From Candidatus Dadabacteria bacterium (lineage in GTDB: Bacteria > Desulfobacterota_D > UBA1144 > Nemesobacterales > CSP1-2): a DNA stretch of 64,000 nt. The stretch is taken from positions 64,001 through 128,000 of the forward strand of contig CAWDVW010000005.1 of the NCBI GenBank assembly GCA_963805855.1, written 5' to 3'. Positions 58,775 to 64,000 of this stretch are shown piece after piece; positions within the stretch are counted from its first letter, which is position 1, and every line of letters begins with the position of its first letter. Both the position numbers and the translations under genes were made by a program. Below the pieces are notes generated by a model. The model saw nothing but the letters and a program-made list of their open reading frames with translations, was not told the origin of the DNA and made no database searches.

Positions 58775-59335
58775 CTATTTCTGCTTCCACTTTATATTGC
58801 AACCGATGCTAGGGTATTGCTCTTCGGTAACCGGTTTTCCGCTTAAGATATTGTCAAGCGCGTCCCTTATGTCCCTTCCCGTGACAGGCTTTTCATTTCC
58901 CGGCCTCGAATCATCCATCTGGCCCCTGTAAACACACCTTAACTCCTCATCAAAAATATAGAAATCGGGTGTGCATGTGGCATGATAAGCCCTGGCGATT
59001 TTTTGTGATTCGTCAAATAAATAAGGAAAAGGATAACCCAGCCTCTTTGCAACTGCCTTCATATTCTCTGGAGAGTCATCGGGATAGTTTTCTATATCAT
59101 TTGAACAAATAGCTATAAAAGATATCCCCTTAGGAATATAATCGTTGGCCAATTCAACCAACCCCTTCTGTACATGCTTAACATATGGACAATGATTACA
59201 GATGAACATAACGACGGTTGCAATATCAGACTTGAGTTCATGTAAACTAAGGTCTTTATCACCTATTACATCCCAAAGCTTAAAATCAGGTGCCTTTGTT
59301 CCAAGAGGTAACATGTTAGACGGCGTCAATACCAT
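58775..59335 (-). CDS. Thioredoxin/AhpC-TSA family protein
   Basis: APDF, FICNHCPYV, ATCTPDF, YRGQMDD, SIGCNIKW. Confidence 0.92.
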   Translation of the reverse strand: MVLTPSNMLPLGTKAPDFKLWDVIGDKDLSLHELKSDIATVVMFICNHCPYVKHVQKGLVELANDYIPKGISFIAICSNDIENYPDDSPENMKAVAKRLGYPFPYLFDESQKIARAYHATCTPDFYIFDEELRCVYRGQMDDSRPGNEKPVTGRDIRDALDNILSGKPVTEEQYPSIGCNIKWKQK

Positions 59336-59788
59336 TTTCTATCTCCTCCCATTTCGTCCTTTTAATCTGCTAAATTAACATTCCCATGATATCAATTAAT
59401 TTAGGATTTATCTCCTGAAGCATCGGATATGCACAGCACAATCTTTTATTACTTTACGCGCGCAACCCTGATTAGTCATTGTTAGATTCGAGCCTTCCTC
59501 TGAAATTAGGCGCTCCGGCTACTTACAATCTAACTAGGTTTTATAAGCTACAACCCAACAACAAAAAATAGTGAATCATTATTATACAGAAGAATTCCAT
59601 TTAGACCATTTACAAACATCGTCAACGTTTGAAAAAGATTACCAGCTTGGGATTGAACGATCTAGTTTGCATCGTTATTCATTACAATTTATTTATATTT
59701 GATTCCAGGCACATTTAAAATCGACTGCGTATTCGCTTTAAAGGTAAGCGTTTTTGACAAAATTCTTAGTTCAATTTATCGTATTCCA

Positions 59789-60742
59789 ATGCCGATGACG
59801 GACCGAGAGATCAAACTCGTCGACAAGATGCTGACCGGTGATCGGATTGCACTCGCAAGACTTATTACACTTGTCGAAAGTGACTATAACTCGATTCCCG
59901 AGATTCTTAAGCGAATTAATCCAAAAACAGGAAAAGCGTACATAATTGGAGTTACAGGTCCCCCCGGGGCCGGGAAAAGCACGCTGGTTAACGAGCTGGT
60001 CCAATCTTATAAAAAGGATGGCAAAAAAGTGGGAGTTATAGCAGTTGATCCTTCAAGCCCTTTTACGGGTGGAGCCGTGTTGGGAGATAGAATAAGAATG
60101 CAGGATCACTCACTGGACGAGAATGTATTTATCAGGAGTCTGGGAAGCCGAGGCAGTCACGGGGGGCTTTCAAGGGCAACTAAGGAGATAATTAAGCTTT
60201 ACGACGCATTTGGGATTGAAAACATTATTATTGAAACAGTAGGTGTGGGTCAAACAGAGCTGGATATCATAAAACTGGCAGATACGGTGCTTGTCGTACT
60301 TGTTCCGGAGGCCGGAGATGCGGTACAAACCATGAAGGCAGGGCTTATGGAGATTGCAGATATTTTTATTGTCAACAAAGCTGACAGAGCGGGCGCTGAA
60401 ATCCTGTCGAGAGAAATCAAATCTTTCATCTCATTAAAACCAGCGGATAGCAATTGGGACACACCTGTACTGCTCACAAGCGGCATTGGAAAACTCGGAA
60501 TCGACGAATTGATAAATGAGATTGACAGGCATAAGCTATTTCAAACCGAAACCGGATTGCTCAGTAAAAAGAGACAAAAGAGAATTGAGGAGGAATTCTC
60601 ACAAATTATATTGGAGATCATAGAAAAGAAGATTAATGAAAAGTTAAAGGATCATGAAATGGGAAAGGTTTTAAATCGAATCAAGAAGGGCGAGATAGAT
60701 CCATACGAAGCTGCCGAGCTCGTGATTTCACGAATATTGTGA
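59789..60742 (+). CDS. meaB: Methylmalonyl-CoA mutase-associated GTPase MeaB
   Basis: GPPGAGKST, AVDPSSPFTGGAVLGDRIRM, ETVGVGQ, KAGLMEIAD, NKAD; ORF called from 59699, start probably near MPMTDR. Confidence 0.92.
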   Translation: MPMTDREIKLVDKMLTGDRIALARLITLVESDYNSIPEILKRINPKTGKAYIIGVTGPPGAGKSTLVNELVQSYKKDGKKVGVIAVDPSSPFTGGAVLGDRIRMQDHSLDENVFIRSLGSRGSHGGLSRATKEIIKLYDAFGIENIIIETVGVGQTELDIIKLADTVLVVLVPEAGDAVQTMKAGLMEIADIFIVNKADRAGAEILSREIKSFISLKPADSNWDTPVLLTSGIGKLGIDELINEIDRHKLFQTETGLLSKKRQKRIEEEFSQIILEIIEKKINEKLKDHEMGKVLNRIKKGEIDPYEAAELVISRIL

Positions 60743-60994
60743 AGACGCTACCGACTCGAATCAGAAAGCTAGTACGGAGACAGCGGTTTGTCTATGTATC
60801 ATGAACCGAAACAGACACAAGATCGATGCCGTTAATTCCAACATTCGTGATCGAATATTTTCAAATGAAAATCATGAAATTTATTAAACTTGATTGGAGC
60901 AGAACGCGTCGGAAATATCTAATTCTGAAGAATCCCACATGGTATGTTAGCTGAAAGATTGTAGAAATAACGAAGGCTTTATTCAGAAGGTAAA

Positions 60995-61720
60995 TTGATG
61001 GATCCCTATATCATTTCTTTATTTTTTGCTCCGATATTCTTGTTGGCAAACCATTCTTATCGAGAGAATGATAAGGATTTATACCCTCATAAACGCTGGG
61101 AAATGGTTGAAACCCAGCTCATTCTTCGCGGAATAAAGGACTCTAAGGTAATAAAGGCGATGTTAAAAATTCCAAGGCATAAGTTTATTCCAGAAAAGTT
61201 CTGGGGTCTTGCCTACAACGATGCCCCTGTTCCTATAGGTATGGAACAGACCATTTCACAACCTTACATTGTTGCCTTAATGACACAACTTCTCGAGCTT
61301 AATGAGAAAGAAAAGGTTCTAGAAGTAGGCACTGGATCGGGTTATCAGACAGCAATTCTAGCTGAGCATGGTTGTGATGTATACACAATAGAGATTCACG
61401 AATCGCTATCACTGAACGCACAACAAATTTTAGACGAACTGGGATACAAAGATATCCATTTTAAAATAGGAGATGGTTATAGGGGGTGGGAGGAGTATTC
61501 TCCTTTTGATGCCATTATAGTGACGGCTGCCCCTAAGAGCACTCCCCAACCGTTAATCGATCAACTCAAGGAAGACGGTAGAATGGTTATACCGGTAGGA
61601 GATCTGTACCAAGAGTTATTACTCATTCGTAAAACTCAAAAGGGTATCAAGGAAACAAACATAACACCAGTCCGATTTGTCCCAATGACGGGAGAGGCTC
61701 AAAAAATGAGGAAGAACTAG
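60995..61720 (+). CDS. pcm: Protein-L-isoaspartate O-methyltransferase
   Basis: QTISQPYIVA, LEVGTGSGYQ, FDAIIVTAA, VRFVPM. Confidence 0.95.
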   Translation: MMDPYIISLFFAPIFLLANHSYRENDKDLYPHKRWEMVETQLILRGIKDSKVIKAMLKIPRHKFIPEKFWGLAYNDAPVPIGMEQTISQPYIVALMTQLLELNEKEKVLEVGTGSGYQTAILAEHGCDVYTIEIHESLSLNAQQILDELGYKDIHFKIGDGYRGWEEYSPFDAIIVTAAPKSTPQPLIDQLKEDGRMVIPVGDLYQELLLIRKTQKGIKETNITPVRFVPMTGEAQKMRKN

Positions 61721-61794
61721 GTTTAATAATGTTTTTGTAAAAGATTAGCCCTTTACCCATGGAATCAAGAATCAGATATGTCAAATTATCAATC

Positions 61795-62802
61795 TCAGAA
61801 GTCCAGGCTAACCAAATCTCCAATTTCTATTGGCCTCGCACTATCGACGATAAGTCCGGTTGATGTATTCTGCTCTACATTCAATACTACGAGCTTACCC
61901 TTCTTGGAAGGCGGAATAGTCACATCTTTGCGGGAATCAGGATCCCGCACGTTTCGGGGAAGCGTATAAATTGAAAAACTGTTTCCTGGAACAATAGAAT
62001 GTTCCTTTCCAAGATCGAGATAGACGATATTCCCTTGACCAACCACAGCTAAATCGTTTAAACTGGCAACCACAATCCCATTTGCTGCTTGAGCTCCCTT
62101 TTTAATTGTGACCTCATTCACAAATGGCTCGTGCGGTCTTATCCTTGCCCCACGTGTGATCTCTCTATAAGAATTGGTAATTTTAGCGGTTGACATCTTT
62201 TCCCCCAAGACATCGACGATCTCAATTTCTCCGAAGATGCCCACTTTATACCCTATTCTCCTACCTGTATATGGATGGAGAATCGGTTTCGACGTTCTAA
62301 ATACCGTGAATAGATCACCGCTTTGCACTCCGTCAGATCTTCCTACATTCGTATAAACAATGTCGCCGTCGGAGAGGAGAATCTTTGGCGGTTCAGAACT
62401 TAAAATCGTTCCCATATGCTCCCACTCATCCGGTGAAATGAAACCAACACTCCCTCCCATCGAGTAATAGTAAACGGGTGGTGGTGCTCCAACGTCTTTG
62501 AGTTGCTCCACTTCCACTTCAGGGTTAATCCTCACCACCGGTATCCCAGGTTGCTCGTATTCAGGCTTCAGAGAAAGCACTTGCCCCGGATATATTAAAT
62601 TTGGATTATCGATAAAGGAATTCAATTCCCACAATCGTGGCCATAAAAGTGGATTCCCGTAAAATCTTTTAGATATATCCCAAAGCGTATCCCCCGGGCG
62701 TACTACATAGATTGTTTCACCACCTTTTGGCTCGGGCAGATTACCCTGAGCAAAGGCCATTCCTCCGATAAATATGGCTGCAATGACCAGTCTAAAGTGC
62801 AT
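61795..62802 (-). CDS. LysM peptidoglycan-binding protein (TsaP-like)
   Basis: Signal peptide; YVVRPGDTLWDIS..FYGNPLLWPRLWELN..IDNPNLIYPG. Confidence 0.85.
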   Translation of the reverse strand: MHFRLVIAAIFIGGMAFAQGNLPEPKGGETIYVVRPGDTLWDISKRFYGNPLLWPRLWELNSFIDNPNLIYPGQVLSLKPEYEQPGIPVVRINPEVEVEQLKDVGAPPPVYYYSMGGSVGFISPDEWEHMGTILSSEPPKILLSDGDIVYTNVGRSDGVQSGDLFTVFRTSKPILHPYTGRRIGYKVGIFGEIEIVDVLGEKMSTAKITNSYREITRGARIRPHEPFVNEVTIKKGAQAANGIVVASLNDLAVVGQGNIVYLDLGKEHSIVPGNSFSIYTLPRNVRDPDSRKDVTIPPSKKGKLVVLNVEQNTSTGLIVDSARPIEIGDLVSLDF

Positions 62803-63293
62803 CCTCTCGAACCTCCTTTATGTTTTATAACATATTTTATAAGGAAATTAAACCAATTTCATCAATCATTATACAACATCTTAGTGAAGAAAATAATTAT
62901 CCGTATCCACGATTTGAAAAGTCATCAAGCAATGAGTTTTTATAAAGTTACTAATGATAAACTCTTTTAGTTAATAATTAAATAGGCAATTCAATCGGTT
63001 AACCCAACTTATCGATATTACGTATTTTGACATTTAATTTTGCAAAAAAGGTCTCCCCAATATAAATATTCCTTATATTTTTGGTGTATCAAAATTACAA
63101 TATGAAAATTCGAAACCTTTATATTTGTTAATCCCTCAAACAACCGCACGGCAACATTTAGAACAACCTAGATTACAAATAGTCTTATTTTCGAAAAAAC
63201 AAATATTAACCCTGAAAACATGTTAATATGCGTCATATAGTCTATAATGAATATACGTTTCAATACTGAACACGCCACTTATCCCTGAATTTT

Positions 63294-64000
63294 ATGAGCA
63301 CCCAAATCTATATCAATAAAACATATAATGAAACAAGAGCGGCAATAACCGAAAATGGGAATCTTGTGGAATTATATATCGAGAGAAAGTCAAGACCTCA
63401 ACTGGTCGGAAACATTTATAAAGGAAAGGTCGGAAACATTGTCCCCGGTATGCAAGCTGCCTTTATAGATCTTGGAATCGGGAAATCGGGATTTATTTCT
63501 GTCGAGGATGTTCAAGAAGACTCGTATTTTGAGTTTTTTTTAGAGGAAGAAGACCTTAAAACCAAAAAGAAAAAGAAAAAGAGCCTTATTCAGGATCTGC
63601 TTAGAGAAGGACAAGAAGTCCTTGTGCAATGCGTTAAGGAATTTTCGCTTGGAAAGGGGGCAAAACTCTCTACTAATATCGCAATTCCTGGTAGATATTT
63701 GGTTCTTCTTGGTACGGTCGATATGATAGGGATATCGAGAAGAATTAAAAACAGAGAAGAACGACAGAGACTCCTAAATCTTATAAAATCTGCAAAACCT
63801 GAAGGAGTTGGCTTTATAGCTCGAACAGCTAGTCAGGAGATCGATCAGGATGAATTAAAGCTTGATATGAACAATTTGATCGGATTTTGGAAAGCGATTA
63901 AAAAAAGATCAGAGGAAGCAAAATCACCTTCTCTACTCTACGAAGAGCCCAGCCTCTATATGAGAGTTACGAGAGATTTAGTCTCAGATAAAGGAACAAA
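63294..64000 (+). CDS. rng: Ribonuclease G/E family, 5' part only (runs off the window; absent from ORF track)
   Basis: MSTQIYIN..NETRAAITENGNLVELYIER..LVGNIYKGKV..IVPGMQAAFIDLG..EGQEVLVQ..KGAKLSTNIAIPGRYLV..GFIARTA. Confidence 0.93.
   Translation, partial: MSTQIYINKTYNETRAAITENGNLVELYIERKSRPQLVGNIYKGKVGNIVPGMQAAFIDLGIGKSGFISVEDVQEDSYFEFFLEEEDLKTKKKKKKSLIQDLLREGQEVLVQCVKEFSLGKGAKLSTNIAIPGRYLVLLGTVDMIGISRRIKNREERQRLLNLIKSAKPEGVGFIARTASQEIDQDELKLDMNNLIGFWKAIKKRSEEAKSPSLLYEEPSLYMRVTRDLVSDKGT

Noticed and set aside
59481-59534. GTTAGATT...AATCTAAC hairpin in the long gap before meaB (possible cobalamin riboswitch)
   Set aside because: No B12-box or other riboswitch consensus recognisable; pairing is short

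Overview
Bacterial chromosome window; the gene orders (pilB-pilT-pilC-pilR, glyQS-ppdK, zapB-zapA-ygfA-rny-ymdB, futalosine mqnA/mqnD) suggest a deltaproteobacteria-related lineage such as Desulfobacterota/Dadabacteria, which is inference only. About 1-18.1 kb is an accessory-looking region ending at the 3' side of a tRNA-Phe(GAA). It holds tandem lipoprotein paralogs plus a decayed third copy, an RND/MFP/TolC efflux system, PAP2, MFS and USP genes, several miniature repeat families, and a co-oriented cassette bracketed by directly repeated REP-like doublets. The cassette encodes an ArsM-like methyltransferase, a Cys-tailed MarR, an extra RpoD-like sigma factor, a 7Fe-type ferredoxin and a siroheme sulfite reductase. 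The remaining ~46 kb is mostly housekeeping: sigma54-driven amtB-porin, miaB, type IV pilus genes, trmFO, glyQS, ppdK, rny, prfA, ccsA, a PHA synthesis cluster, dapF-like, mqnA/D, hisAF, meaB, pcm, a LysM protein and the start of rng. Best leads: (1) the MarR-sigma-ferredoxin-sulfite reductase cassette with candidate operators; (2) a DapF with both catalytic cysteines replaced by serine; (3) a PHA synthase with two short PhaE/PhaR-like partners, one with a very basic tail; (4) a GGCT-Zn-amidohydrolase fusion; (5) a ~125 bp MITE-like element in two copies. All calls come from motif reading only; no database searches were run.
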